Virus record (IMG/VR): IMGVR_UViG_3300047510_001668
Span: 64,001 to 128,000 of that record
Reading direction: 5' to 3' (one strand)
DNA: 64,000 bases
Source of the DNA: a virus
A program made the translations under genes and the position numbers. Positions 45,594 through 54,140 of the stretch are shown piece after piece. The notes below the pieces were generated by a model that saw nothing but the letters and a program-made list of their open reading frames with translations, was not told the DNA's origin and made no database searches. Position 1 is the first letter of the stretch. Every line of letters begins with the position of its first letter.

Positions 45594-45667
45594 TCCGCCG
45601 GGAGGGACTTGAACCCCCACATCTTTCGCATATAAGGCGACTGCCTTCACCATTTGGCTACCGGCGG
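45594..45667 (-). tRNA. tRNA-Ile(TAT)
   Basis: Acceptor CCGCCGG/CCGGCGG, A73, loop CT-TAT-AT. Confidence 0.8.
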
Positions 45668-45671
45668 ATGA

Positions 45672-45745
45672 TGCACCCCCTGGGATTCGAACCCAGCCCT
45701 AAAAGATTAAAAGTCTCTTGTGCTAACCGCTGACACTAGGGGTGC
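45672..45745 (-). tRNA. tRNA-Lys(TTT)
   Basis: Cloverleaf. Confidence 0.9.
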
Positions 45746-45753
45746 TTGTGACA

Positions 45754-45836
45754 TGCTCCGGGCGAGACTCGAACTCGCAAGACCTTTCGGTCGGGGGATT
45801 TTAAGTCCCCTGTGTATACCATTTCACCACCAGAGC
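45754..45836 (-). tRNA. tRNA-Leu(TAA)
   Basis: Long variable arm. Confidence 0.92.
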
Positions 45837-45839
45837 TTA

Positions 45840-45922
45840 TGCATTCAGAGGGGGTCGAACCCACACGCCTTGTCGGCGCCAGATCCTAAGTCTGGTGCGT
45901 CTGCCAATTCCGCCATGAATGC
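45840..45922 (-). tRNA. tRNA-Leu(TAG)
   Basis: Long variable arm. Confidence 0.92.
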
Positions 45923-45932
45923 ATTTCAGTTA

Positions 45933-46310
45933 TCAATCAGCAACCTCTTCTATCTCAACAGGTCCGTAAAACACAATTTCACAATCTGAACATTCCCAGC
46001 CTGCCTCTTCCGGATAGAATGTTGCGGATTCTAGAAGTTTCTGTTCCTTCTTGGACAAATCTTCCACACCCACTCTGTCTGTCCAACACCCATCATTTAA
46101 ATTATGATCCATTCTGCTGTATTCATCTGACACCAAAGTGTCACCTTCTGTCCAGCCATTCTCACGTGGGTCTTCCTCCACCCAAACCTCACCCCAACGA
46201 TACCAGGTGTTTTCTTCAAAGTAGATGCGTTTACCATTGCCTAGCACCTTCTCCCAAACGCATTGTTCACACACATCCTTTTTATCAACATTGGAAATTT
46301 TAAATGACAT
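45933..46310 (-). CDS. acidic hypothetical protein
   Basis: GAGG RBS; ORF between tRNAs. Confidence 0.65.
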   Translation of the reverse strand: MSFKISNVDKKDVCEQCVWEKVLGNGKRIYFEENTWYRWGEVWVEEDPRENGWTEGDTLVSDEYSRMDHNLNDGCWTDRVGVEDLSKKEQKLLESATFYPEEAGWECSDCEIVFYGPVEIEEVAD

Positions 46311-46331
46311 AATCACCTCATGATGAAGAAG

Positions 46332-46416
46332 CGGACAGGGAGGGATTCGAACCCCCGGAACCTTTCAGTTCTTCGGTTTTCAAGACCGATGCAATAAACC
46401 GCTCTACCACCTGTCC
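46332..46416 (-). tRNA. tRNA-Ser(TGA)
   Basis: Long variable arm. Confidence 0.92.
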
Positions 46417-46423
46417 AATAACA

Positions 46424-46557
46424 ACCTCAGGCGTCCCTGAGGTGAACACTTGTAGTCCTGCGGCAAAGTACAATAGAAGCTGTCTAGAAGATTTCTATTC
46501 ACATATAGCCTAGCGGAACCTTTCGGTAATAACTATATTTCATATACCTACAAGTAT
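46424..46557 (-). ncRNA. candidate structured RNA A
   Basis: Nested stems, GAAA tetraloop, terminal 8 bp hairpin. Confidence 0.5.
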
Positions 46558-46561
46558 TCTA

Positions 46562-46644
46562 TGCTCCCGGTGAGACTCGAACTCACAAGCCTGTGAAGGC
46601 AGAGGTTTTTGAGACCTCCGTGTATACCATTCCACCACAAGAGC
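46562..46644 (-). tRNA. tRNA-Leu(CAA)
   Basis: Long variable arm. Confidence 0.92.
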
Positions 46645-46703
46645 AGGTGTGATGCCAGTTAACATTATGGATTCTCGCAGACCACTGGCACCACAAGCGA
46701 GAA

Positions 46704-46776
46704 TGGGTAGTGAGGGACTCGAACCCCCGACAGCCTGCGTGTAAAGCAGGTGCTCTACCAGCTGAGCTAACCACCC
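46704..46776 (-). tRNA. tRNA-Val(TAC)
   Basis: Cloverleaf; first 10 nt overlap HNH gene end. Confidence 0.92.
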
Positions 46777-47168
46777 CTTTTATATCTACCTAAGTATCCG
46801 TTTCTTTTAGTATTTTTTGTGTTTCTTGAAACCCAGGTATCTGTTTGTGTGTGACAATTAGGACACAACAATCTTAAATTTTCTATTTTATTGTTATCTG
46901 AATTACCATCAATGTGGTCTAATTGCAGTGTCAATTCTTTCCCATTATGAAATGGCATCTGACCACATATTACACAAACATCACCTAAAGTTTCTTTCAG
47001 ATACTTTTTTAAAGCACCCACATTAGAACAAACCCCTTCTAATATTTTTGGAATTGAAATAGTTTTGTATTTAAATTCTCCTTGGCACTTATTACTGCAA
47101 TACTTGCCTGTTTTTTGTGATGGGAAAAAGTGTATCTCCTTTTCACAATTTAAACATTTACCTACCAT
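46767..47168 (-). mobile_element. free-standing HNH homing endonuclease gene 2
   Basis: CVICG..LQLDHIDGNSDNNKIENLRLLCPNCH; AT-rich; TATAAATA at 47197-47204 in hairpin loop. Confidence 0.88.
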
Positions 47169-47219
47169 CTTTTCTCCTTGTTAGACCTTACAATTTATTT
47201 ATACGGTCTAAGTTTTTCA

Positions 47220-47292
47220 TGGACCTGAACGGGATCGAACCGATGACCTCCTGAATGCAAATCAGGCGCTCTCCCAGCTGAGCTACAGGCCC
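47220..47292 (-). tRNA. tRNA-Ala(TGC)
   Basis: Cloverleaf, G3-U70. Confidence 0.93.
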
Positions 47293-47297
47293 GAGGT

Positions 47298-47388
47298 GAC
47301 GTTGAAGTGGGCGGACTCACCCGCTTTCCTAGTTGAGATAGGCGACCGATTTGCTCAACATTGTCGGCCCTCTAACCACTTGAACGTC
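47298..47388 (-). ncRNA. candidate structured RNA B (4-way junction, kissing loops)
   Basis: 13 bp closing stem, three internal hairpins, GTTGAG/CTCAAC loop complementarity. Confidence 0.6.
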
Positions 47389-47395
47389 TAACTTG

Positions 47396-47578
47396 TTACT
47401 TGGCAGCTTCACCTTCTACTGCTGGCTTTACTTCTGCTGACTTGATTGAATCAGTATCAATCTTGGTTGAGTCAACAACTGCTGCACTGTCAACTGCAAC
47501 TTCACCTTGAACTGCTTCTTCCTTTGCTGCACATGCACCAAGGAACAACACACCGACCAACATGAATAACTTGCTCAT
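47396..47578 (-). CDS. small lipoprotein
   Basis: LGAC lipobox; AAGGAG RBS. Confidence 0.8.
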   Translation of the reverse strand: MSKLFMLVGVLFLGACAAKEEAVQGEVAVDSAAVVDSTKIDTDSIKSAEVKPAVEGEAAK

Positions 47579-47623
47579 ACATTCTCCTTATGAATTGTGG
47601 AATTGCACTGCTATCGCACTGCA

Positions 47624-47694
47624 TTGCCCCACTACGACTCGAACGTAGATTCGCGGATCCAAAGTCCGCTGTCCTGCCATTGGACGATAGGGCA
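47624..47694 (-). tRNA. tRNA-Gln(TTG)
   Basis: Cloverleaf, U1-A72. Confidence 0.92.
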
Positions 47695-47698
47695 ATAG

Positions 47699-47770
47699 TA
47701 CCGCGTATGGGAATCGAACCCATCTTACCAGAGTGAAAGTCTAGCGTCCTAACCGATAGACGAACGCGGC
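47699..47770 (-). tRNA. tRNA-Glu(TTC)
   Basis: Cloverleaf. Confidence 0.92.
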
Positions 47771-47807
47771 ATGAACACATCAGTTATCAATCAACACCTA
47801 CTCTTGA

Positions 47808-47870
47808 AATATAACACCCTGGGACTCGTTTGTCAAGCCCCAGGGTAAGTCCTTCCAAATCAACAACTTA
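47808..47870 (-). promoter_or_regulatory. tRNA-operon promoter plus 25-bp palindrome (copy 3)
   Basis: TTGACA-17-TATATT within CCCTGGG/CCCAGGG hairpin; TAAGT-CC-TTC-CAAAT-CAA-CA-ACTTA at 47846-47870. Confidence 0.78.
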
Positions 47871-48368
47871 CACTTTCTTGGGCTTTTTCTTTTTCTTTGT
47901 TTCTGTGACTTCAGGTAATGTAATCTTGGCACCTAATTGTGTCAATACTTCTCGCATATTTGGGTAAATCTGAAGCAGTGTTTGGTCCTTGATGTGGACC
48001 ATGACATTGGCTTCTTTCCAGTGCATGCCTTCTAACATTTGCACCCAAAGTGTTTCTTTTTTGTGGCTTGCAATCTTTTCCATGCTACCACCAGATTGAA
48101 AATTTTTAATTCTTCGAAATTCTGCTCTGACATCCGTGTTGGCAAACCCATCTGGCAAAGTGGTGTCTGGCTTGTAGGTGTCTGGCATGCCAATGGGCAA
48201 CCCATGCAACTTTTCAGCTTCCAGTACTGCCATTCGCATCAAAGGGGCAAACGTGGTGTCAATCTTGGCCACTTGTTTGGTCCTGTCCACTTGTTCTTCC
48301 AAAGTGGCACCTTGAGCAATCCAATCCAATTTTTCATTCAATAACATGTTAACGTGTAAATTCTTCAT
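47868..48368 (-). CDS. conserved T4-like hypothetical protein
   Basis: LP.G.P..Y.P, EFRRI..F..GG, KETLWVQMLEGMH..EA. Confidence 0.7.
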   Translation of the reverse strand: MKNLHVNMLLNEKLDWIAQGATLEEQVDRTKQVAKIDTTFAPLMRMAVLEAEKLHGLPIGMPDTYKPDTTLPDGFANTDVRAEFRRIKNFQSGGSMEKIASHKKETLWVQMLEGMHWKEANVMVHIKDQTLLQIYPNMREVLTQLGAKITLPEVTETKKKKKPKKV

Positions 48369-48369
48369 A

Positions 48370-49257
48370 TCAAAACTCCGTGATGTGCTCCATGAGATTC
48401 TTCATCTTGTGTGCGATGAAGTAGTTCAGCAGTTGAGACTTGTCTCGTACATCCTTTTGCTGAGTGTAGTTATTTATAATGTTTTCCACAATGTCCTGAG
48501 GAATCATTCGGAGATCCACCATTTGCATGTTGCGCTTGATGGCTGCCTCATGTGGTGTGCCATCCCAATGTGTGACATCCAGCTTCTTCCATTGCTCCAG
48601 ATCCTTCTTTCGAATAGGCTTCTGACGACCACCAGTCACGAACACATCATCAGGTGACATGAAGTTGGGGACACCATCTCCCTTGTCGCCCATCAAGATA
48701 TGTTCCATGACAATCTCATCAATTGTTTCTGTGGCCTTCACCCACTTCTTGTGAATGGGGCTGTACTGCTTCACATTCTTGTAACGCTGAAGTTGTGTGA
48801 AGTCATGGTCACCAGACAGAATCAACACTGGCTGAGGCTCTGCCTCCAACCCTTGTTGCACCAAATCATGTTCCTGACTCCACAACACTAACGAAGCAAT
48901 GATGTCATCAGCCTCAGCTGTGTCCACTTCCACCACGGCATACGGGAAGCTCTCAGCTATTTCTGATTTGATTTGATTCAATGCCTCGAAAATGGCATGC
49001 CAATCAAAGCCAGAATCATCACGGGCCTTCTTTCTGTTGGCCTTGTAATGGGGGAACATCTTCTTGCGCCAGTATTTCTTGTTGTCACAGGCAATCACAA
49101 GCTGACCAAACTCCTTGCCAAACTTGTTCTTGTAGGACCTGAGAGCATTCACAATCATGTGGCGAATCAATGGCGTGCTGATTTCTGCATCAGTTCTGCC
49201 ACGAAGCTCTGCCATCAGAGTGCTAATTGCCGTCTGTGAATAATCCACGATAATCAT
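48370..49257 (-). CDS. rnh: T4-type RNase H / 5' exonuclease
   Basis: IIVDYSQ, WRKKMFPHYKANR, EADDIIA, SGDHDF.QL, GDKGDGVPN; TATAAATA at 48471-48478. Confidence 0.95.
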   Translation of the reverse strand: MIIVDYSQTAISTLMAELRGRTDAEISTPLIRHMIVNALRSYKNKFGKEFGQLVIACDNKKYWRKKMFPHYKANRKKARDDSGFDWHAIFEALNQIKSEIAESFPYAVVEVDTAEADDIIASLVLWSQEHDLVQQGLEAEPQPVLILSGDHDFTQLQRYKNVKQYSPIHKKWVKATETIDEIVMEHILMGDKGDGVPNFMSPDDVFVTGGRQKPIRKKDLEQWKKLDVTHWDGTPHEAAIKRNMQMVDLRMIPQDIVENIINNYTQQKDVRDKSQLLNYFIAHKMKNLMEHITEF

Positions 49258-49258
49258 G

Positions 49259-49552
49259 TCATACCCCTATGTATTTCTTGCAATCATCATTGGGATCCCG
49301 ATGACATAGATGCAAGATGTTTGGAATCAATTGTCCTTGACGTTCCAACTTCACACATTCATCACATAAAACATAATTGATATGTGTGTATTTGTCAATA
49401 TCTAGATATTCAGGACGACAAGTGGATGCAATGTTCTCCACACCAGCATCCACTTGTTCCTGATAGTATCTGGCACAACATTCTGGTATGTTGCTATGAA
49501 CACCAAAATGATAGTGAAAATTATGGCATTTCATCCAATCCCTGGAAGTCAC
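49259..49552 (-). CDS. Cys/His-rich hypothetical
   Basis: G.HSNIP.CC..YY, YVLCD.C. Confidence 0.6.
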   Translation of the reverse strand: MTSRDWMKCHNFHYHFGVHSNIPECCARYYQEQVDAGVENIASTCRPEYLDIDKYTHINYVLCDECVKLERQGQLIPNILHLCHRDPNDDCKKYIGV

Positions 49553-49790
49553 CAGGATTCCATGCCATGTTCTTGAATTGTCCTTCCTGAATCATGTCCT
49601 CGAACGTCTTGAACATGGCATTGAAACGAGCATTATACAGCTCCTTCATGCCAATCAGGATGTTCATGTACTTATCCTGGTCTTCTGCTTCCATGTTGGT
49701 CTCACTAATCATCGTGGCAATCAAATCTAAATCATCAGTGATTTGCCAGCACTTCATGATGTGTTGTTCCAAATCAAATCTATCTGTCAT
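49521..49790 (-). CDS. hypothetical protein
   Basis: DRFDLEQHIMKCW. Confidence 0.65.
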   Translation of the reverse strand: MTDRFDLEQHIMKCWQITDDLDLIATMISETNMEAEDQDKYMNILIGMKELYNARFNAMFKTFEDMIQEGQFKNMAWNPGDFQGLDEMP

Positions 49791-50890
49791 CAGTCAATCC
49801 TCACAATGAGTAGGTCAGTGGATGTACGTCCCTTCAACACCTTGCACTTCGCCTTGATGCCATCAAACCAATTCACAGTTTGATTCTTTCGGAGCTTCAT
49901 CACCTCAGCCAACTGCTCTTCAGGCTTACGGAGAATCTTCTCACAGGTCACCTTGAAGCCGTAAATCTTGGGACCCTTCACATACAAGCTGTCCTTCACC
50001 TCAGCCTCGTAGTAGCCCAGCCGACGCTTCTTGGTGTCGTACACCCAGACCATGTTGGCACCAATGATGTCCACAGGATTACAGGACTTGATACCCTCAT
50101 GCTCCGCCTTGAAACGAATCTTGCTGGCCATCTTCTTCTTGTCCAAAGGCTTCTTCTTCCTGATACGGAGAGACTTCACCTTGGTTTGTTGCTGTGAAAT
50201 TCTATCCATGACAGCATCAAAGGCATCAATAATCTTTTTGAAATTTCTCTTGCCCACATAGGCATATCCTTCCACCAGCTGCTCATCCTCGCCATTATAC
50301 GCAGAATACCACTCGGCAAGATGCTTACGAAGATATTGCTGAACCAACTTGAGCTGCGGGGCCTTGAAATTCTTGGTCAAGATGAATCCTGCCATGTCAT
50401 CAGCCTCAGGCACCTCTCCATCAAAGGCTTCATCCATCTTGCCATCCAACTCAGCCAACACGGTGCTGACCTGAGCACGAATTCTGTCCTGAATGTTCGG
50501 CTTGTTGGTGTTCACATGAGTGGTAGAGGGTGCCTTCGTCTGCTTCTTCACAAGGGCAAAGCTCATCACATAATCACGAATACGCTGTGAATCATTGCTA
50601 TTCAAAGGAAATCCTTGAAGTGCCATGCGAGCCAAAGCACAGATGGTGGTGTTCATGCTTCCCAGATTGCGCCAGGCTTGAATGTCCTGTTTGGCTGTTG
50701 CAGGACGCATCTCACGAAGCCATTGCTCCATGTACTTGGAATAATCCTTGTCTGAGGCACAATAGTTATGCCAATTCAGACCACGAAGCATTTCGGAATT
50801 GTAATTCTTCACCACACCATCCCACGTAGGTTCCTCGGCAATCAAAGAGGACTCGGATGCCGGAGGAAGAACCAGATGAAGATTAGCCAT
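49790..50890 (-). CDS. conserved T4-like hypothetical protein
   Basis: Start MANLH after GAGG; IIGA..VWVYDTK.RRLG.Y. Confidence 0.7.
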   Translation of the reverse strand: MANLHLVLPPASESSLIAEEPTWDGVVKNYNSEMLRGLNWHNYCASDKDYSKYMEQWLREMRPATAKQDIQAWRNLGSMNTTICALARMALQGFPLNSNDSQRIRDYVMSFALVKKQTKAPSTTHVNTNKPNIQDRIRAQVSTVLAELDGKMDEAFDGEVPEADDMAGFILTKNFKAPQLKLVQQYLRKHLAEWYSAYNGEDEQLVEGYAYVGKRNFKKIIDAFDAVMDRISQQQTKVKSLRIRKKKPLDKKKMASKIRFKAEHEGIKSCNPVDIIGANMVWVYDTKKRRLGYYEAEVKDSLYVKGPKIYGFKVTCEKILRKPEEQLAEVMKLRKNQTVNWFDGIKAKCKVLKGRTSTDLLIVRID

Positions 50891-51155
50891 TGCTATACAC
50901 CTCTTGGTCAAGGAGAGAAATCTTGCTGATGCTGTCCCAACGGAACGAACGCCAGGCCTGTTTCTCCATGTCCCAGACCGGGCAAGCATCAGGACTATAC
51001 TTGCGCTGAGACTCCTTGACTTCCTGAGCTGGAAGAAACTGCTCAGCCAACGTACACTTCATGTCACGAACAGTGCCATCCGCCTTGGCGAAAGTCACCG
51101 TGACCACTGACTGCCGAAGAAGATTGCGAATGCCTTCCTTGGTGATGCCATCCAT
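50883..51155 (-). CDS. SH3/WYL-like beta-barrel protein
   Basis: VTVTFAKADGTVR.M.CTL, VWDMEKQAWRSFR. Confidence 0.8.
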   Translation of the reverse strand: MDGITKEGIRNLLRQSVVTVTFAKADGTVRDMKCTLAEQFLPAQEVKESQRKYSPDACPVWDMEKQAWRSFRWDSISKISLLDQEVYSNG

Positions 51156-51184
51156 ACAGCCTCCATGTGTTAGAGTATGTATGA

Positions 51185-51245
51185 AATATAATGATTTTAT
51201 ATCTATTTGTCAAGTCCCGCTAAGTGCTTGTATTTCAATCACTTA
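51185..51245 (-). promoter_or_regulatory. early promoter plus 25-bp palindrome (copy 4)
   Basis: TTGACA-17-TATATT; TAAGT-GC-TTG-TATTT-CAA-TC-ACTTA at 51221-51245. Confidence 0.78.
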
Positions 51246-52123
51246 CGCTTCGGGGTTTTCACTATTTTGAACCAACTGCCAGGATTCCAATCCATTTCCA
51301 TGTCTGTGACATTTTCCACTTTTGTGGCGGGTTCAGACTTGGATAATGATTCAGCAAAGTTCTTGGTGGGAGGCATCACCATGACAGGTGTTTCTTTTTT
51401 CATGGAAAGATTGGCGGCAATCACCAACAAGATGGCCAATGGATCAAATACAAATATCAACATCAAGGTCAACAACCGAATGGCTTTGTCCAACGTGGTG
51501 GCATCATCGGTACCATACACCAGTTGTGCCACATACTTGATGGGACCCACTTCAGTTTCCAGCTTGCGTTGCCCCACGTTCAATTCTGATTTCTGTTTTT
51601 GCAATTCTTGAATTTTCTTGTTGCTTTCTGTGATGGTGGCAGTTGCAGCTGTGCGTTCACGGCGTTGGCTGTTACGAATCTGTACGGCACGTTCCACACG
51701 ATTCACATCTCCCACCAGGTTGTTCACGGCAGCATCCATCTGTTGTAATGCCTGGCGTGCAGATGCCACATTGTCACGTTCCATCACAATCTGTTCATCC
51801 AACAACGTGATTTGTTCTGTGTTGGCATCCAAGCCTTGTGTGCCTTCCACATGGGCCCGAGTCAGATAACCAAAGATGCCTACACTGGTGATGAGACTCA
51901 ACACCATCACGGCCACGATGAAATACATTCTCATCAGGATGTTGGTGTTGTTCCAGAATCGGTAGATCCAGCTGGCAGACACCAACTTGCCCATCTCCAA
52001 GGCAGCACCCATCAATCCTACTGCCACAGGGGCACCTGGGAAAATGGCAATCAACCCCGCAATGGAAAACCACGCGGCGATGGTGCTGATGAATAGTGCT
52101 GAAAAGAGAGTGATAAGGGTCAT
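51239..52123 (-). CDS. membrane-anchored coiled-coil protein
   Basis: 3 TM, long coiled coil, FVFDPLAILL TM. Confidence 0.75.
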   Translation of the reverse strand: MTLITLFSALFISTIAAWFSIAGLIAIFPGAPVAVGLMGAALEMGKLVSASWIYRFWNNTNILMRMYFIVAVMVLSLITSVGIFGYLTRAHVEGTQGLDANTEQITLLDEQIVMERDNVASARQALQQMDAAVNNLVGDVNRVERAVQIRNSQRRERTAATATITESNKKIQELQKQKSELNVGQRKLETEVGPIKYVAQLVYGTDDATTLDKAIRLLTLMLIFVFDPLAILLVIAANLSMKKETPVMVMPPTKNFAESLSKSEPATKVENVTDMEMDWNPGSWFKIVKTPKRK

Positions 52124-52515
52124 AGTTTCACGTGTTTTCGGTGAACTTTACACATGATCCAATCATTATAGAATTTATCTGGGTGTTCTAGCACACCATA
52201 TTGGAACTGGAGTTTTGCTTCAAGATAATTGCACTGTCCTTTGTTTCCACACAGATGAAGTATCTCACGTTGGAAAGCTCCTGGTCCATGGGTAGCAACA
52301 TCGTGAAGAAGCTCTTTGTTGCTTCCGTAGTAGTCTCGCCAGTCTGACTCCACTCGAACTCGCTTTCGTTTTCCTTTAACAGATTTTCGTCGAGCAAAGC
52401 TGAATAGTTTCTTTCCAATGTACTGGCGTCCTGTTTGAAGGTTGGTGATTCGATACACGAATCCAATGATGTTGTCAGGCACTTCAGTAAATTCTTTGTC
52501 TTGGTGCATCCACAT
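52120..52515 (-). CDS. GIY-YIG family nuclease
   Basis: GFVYRITN...RQYIGKK, DYYGS, REILHLC. Confidence 0.8.
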   Translation of the reverse strand: MWMHQDKEFTEVPDNIIGFVYRITNLQTGRQYIGKKLFSFARRKSVKGKRKRVRVESDWRDYYGSNKELLHDVATHGPGAFQREILHLCGNKGQCNYLEAKLQFQYGVLEHPDKFYNDWIMCKVHRKHVKL

Positions 52516-52543
52516 AGTTAAATCCTCAATGAGACTTAACTAT

Positions 52544-52825
52544 TTATTCTCCTAGTATGAACGAGAAAGGATGATTTTTCGTGGTGTCAATGCTCATACC
52601 TACGTATTTACCTACCAGATTGCCTATAACATACACAGGAATCACCGCCCAATTGCCTTTCAACAACTCATCCAACGACCAGAACATGGATGCCAATGAA
52701 GCCAACCCCATCCACACGCTGTTCAACAGCAACTTGGGAATGTTATCTTCATAGGTGTATCGAATTTCCAATACTTTCAAAATGTTGAACACAATTTGTG
52801 AAAAGAAGATGGCCACCCAAATCAT
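52544..52825 (-). CDS. small membrane protein
   Basis: Three hydrophobic segments. Confidence 0.65.
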   Translation of the reverse strand: MIWVAIFFSQIVFNILKVLEIRYTYEDNIPKLLLNSVWMGLASLASMFWSLDELLKGNWAVIPVYVIGNLVGKYVGMSIDTTKNHPFSFILGE

Positions 52826-52983
52826 TCTTCATCCTCATCATTGATTTCATATCCATAATCTTCATCATCTTCCATGGTCTCACCACAGAAGGGACAATAT
52901 TCCACCCGATAATGGTCATCATCCATGTCATGACGGATGGTGAATTCTGCTTCACAAGATGTACATACTATAATTTTATGCAT
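52822..52983 (-). CDS. zinc-ribbon acidic protein
   Basis: CTSCEAEF...CPFCG. Confidence 0.7.
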   Translation of the reverse strand: MHKIIVCTSCEAEFTIRHDMDDDHYRVEYCPFCGETMEDDEDYGYEINDEDEE

Positions 52984-54139
52984 CGTATTCCACCGTGAGT
53001 TTGTCAATGTCTTTACGTTCTGCCATCACGTAATAGTAATAGGGCAGACGATGATTGCCCAGCACTTGTATCGTCAATCCGTTCACATTGTTCACCACCA
53101 AGGTTTGATCCATGTTGGTGGGTGTGAGATGTACGGTTATGGTTTTTTCATCCACCAATCCTGACCAGTAATCAGGTAATGGAATAGTTCCTTCAGAAGT
53201 TTTGCCACGAACATACACACCTGCTTCAGGTCCTTCAAGACAAGCATAACGTAAACGTTTTCCTTCTTTGGTAGGATGTTTTATATCAAACGCTTTTAAT
53301 GTTGCAGTGGTAAGATATTGTCCTACCGCCAAATTTCCTGTTATAATTGCGGCACCTGTGATGGTGGTGGGTCCATTAATGGCCGTGACACCTGTGATGG
53401 TGGTGGCGCCTGTGATGGCTGTGGCGCCGGTGATGGTGGTTGGTCCAGCTGTCATCAATGCAGTTTGCATATAAGCAGAGGACACACCACCTGAGGCCAC
53501 AACATCAGGAGCTTGCACCATGTTGGTGGCAATCAATTTAGCCGCAATGTTGTTCCCTTTGGAGAAGGTACCGCCTGGTCCTGATACTGCACCTTCTTCA
53601 GGAATCAAACTCAATGTTTCCAACACGCTATACACAGAACTGGGTATGACATCTTGACCTGCTCCCGTGGCACCAAGTGCTAGTGCTGCTCGAGGAACAT
53701 CCACAGAAACTCCTGTGGTGATGTTCATGGTTCTCTCACCTAACACTGGAATGTTGACCGTGACAGGTACCACTACTGGTATTGGTACTGTGTCGGTGAT
53801 ACCATCCGCATCCAATGAGAGGTCCATCTCCTTCAGTTGCTCTAGTTGATATTGTGTTTCTGCCACCTTTTCTTTGGCTTCAGCAATGGTTTTTTGTGCT
53901 TGTGCCACAGTATTGACAGCTGAAGCCACCTCAAATTTCAATTTTCTTTCAACTTTCAATTTAGTTAAATCTAGAATAACTGAAGGTATAGCAGGTAATC
54001 TTATGGCTTCATCCAAAGCGTTTGTGGCTTTGTTCAGCAATTCTTCTGCGGCATCCACTTCACGCTGTGTTTTATCTGCACGTGCTGTGGCTTCGGCTAC
54101 CTCGCGTTTAGCATTGGCTAAATCTTGTCTGGCTGACAT
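52976..54139 (-). CDS. fibre/spike-like protein with beta-helix repeats and chaperone-like C-terminus
   Basis: TITGATAITG repeats; KAFDIKHP..LRYACLEGPE.GVYVRG, LPDYW..LV. Confidence 0.6.
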   Translation of the reverse strand: MSARQDLANAKREVAEATARADKTQREVDAAEELLNKATNALDEAIRLPAIPSVILDLTKLKVERKLKFEVASAVNTVAQAQKTIAEAKEKVAETQYQLEQLKEMDLSLDADGITDTVPIPVVVPVTVNIPVLGERTMNITTGVSVDVPRAALALGATGAGQDVIPSSVYSVLETLSLIPEEGAVSGPGGTFSKGNNIAAKLIATNMVQAPDVVASGGVSSAYMQTALMTAGPTTITGATAITGATTITGVTAINGPTTITGAAIITGNLAVGQYLTTATLKAFDIKHPTKEGKRLRYACLEGPEAGVYVRGKTSEGTIPLPDYWSGLVDEKTITVHLTPTNMDQTLVVNNVNGLTIQVLGNHRLPYYYYVMAERKDIDKLTVEYDA

Positions 54140-54140
54140 G

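Noticed and set aside
46645-46703. Theta (HDV-like) ribozyme
   Set aside because: First nucleotide is U not G and only 5 nt separate P2 5' from P1 3', too few for P3/L3
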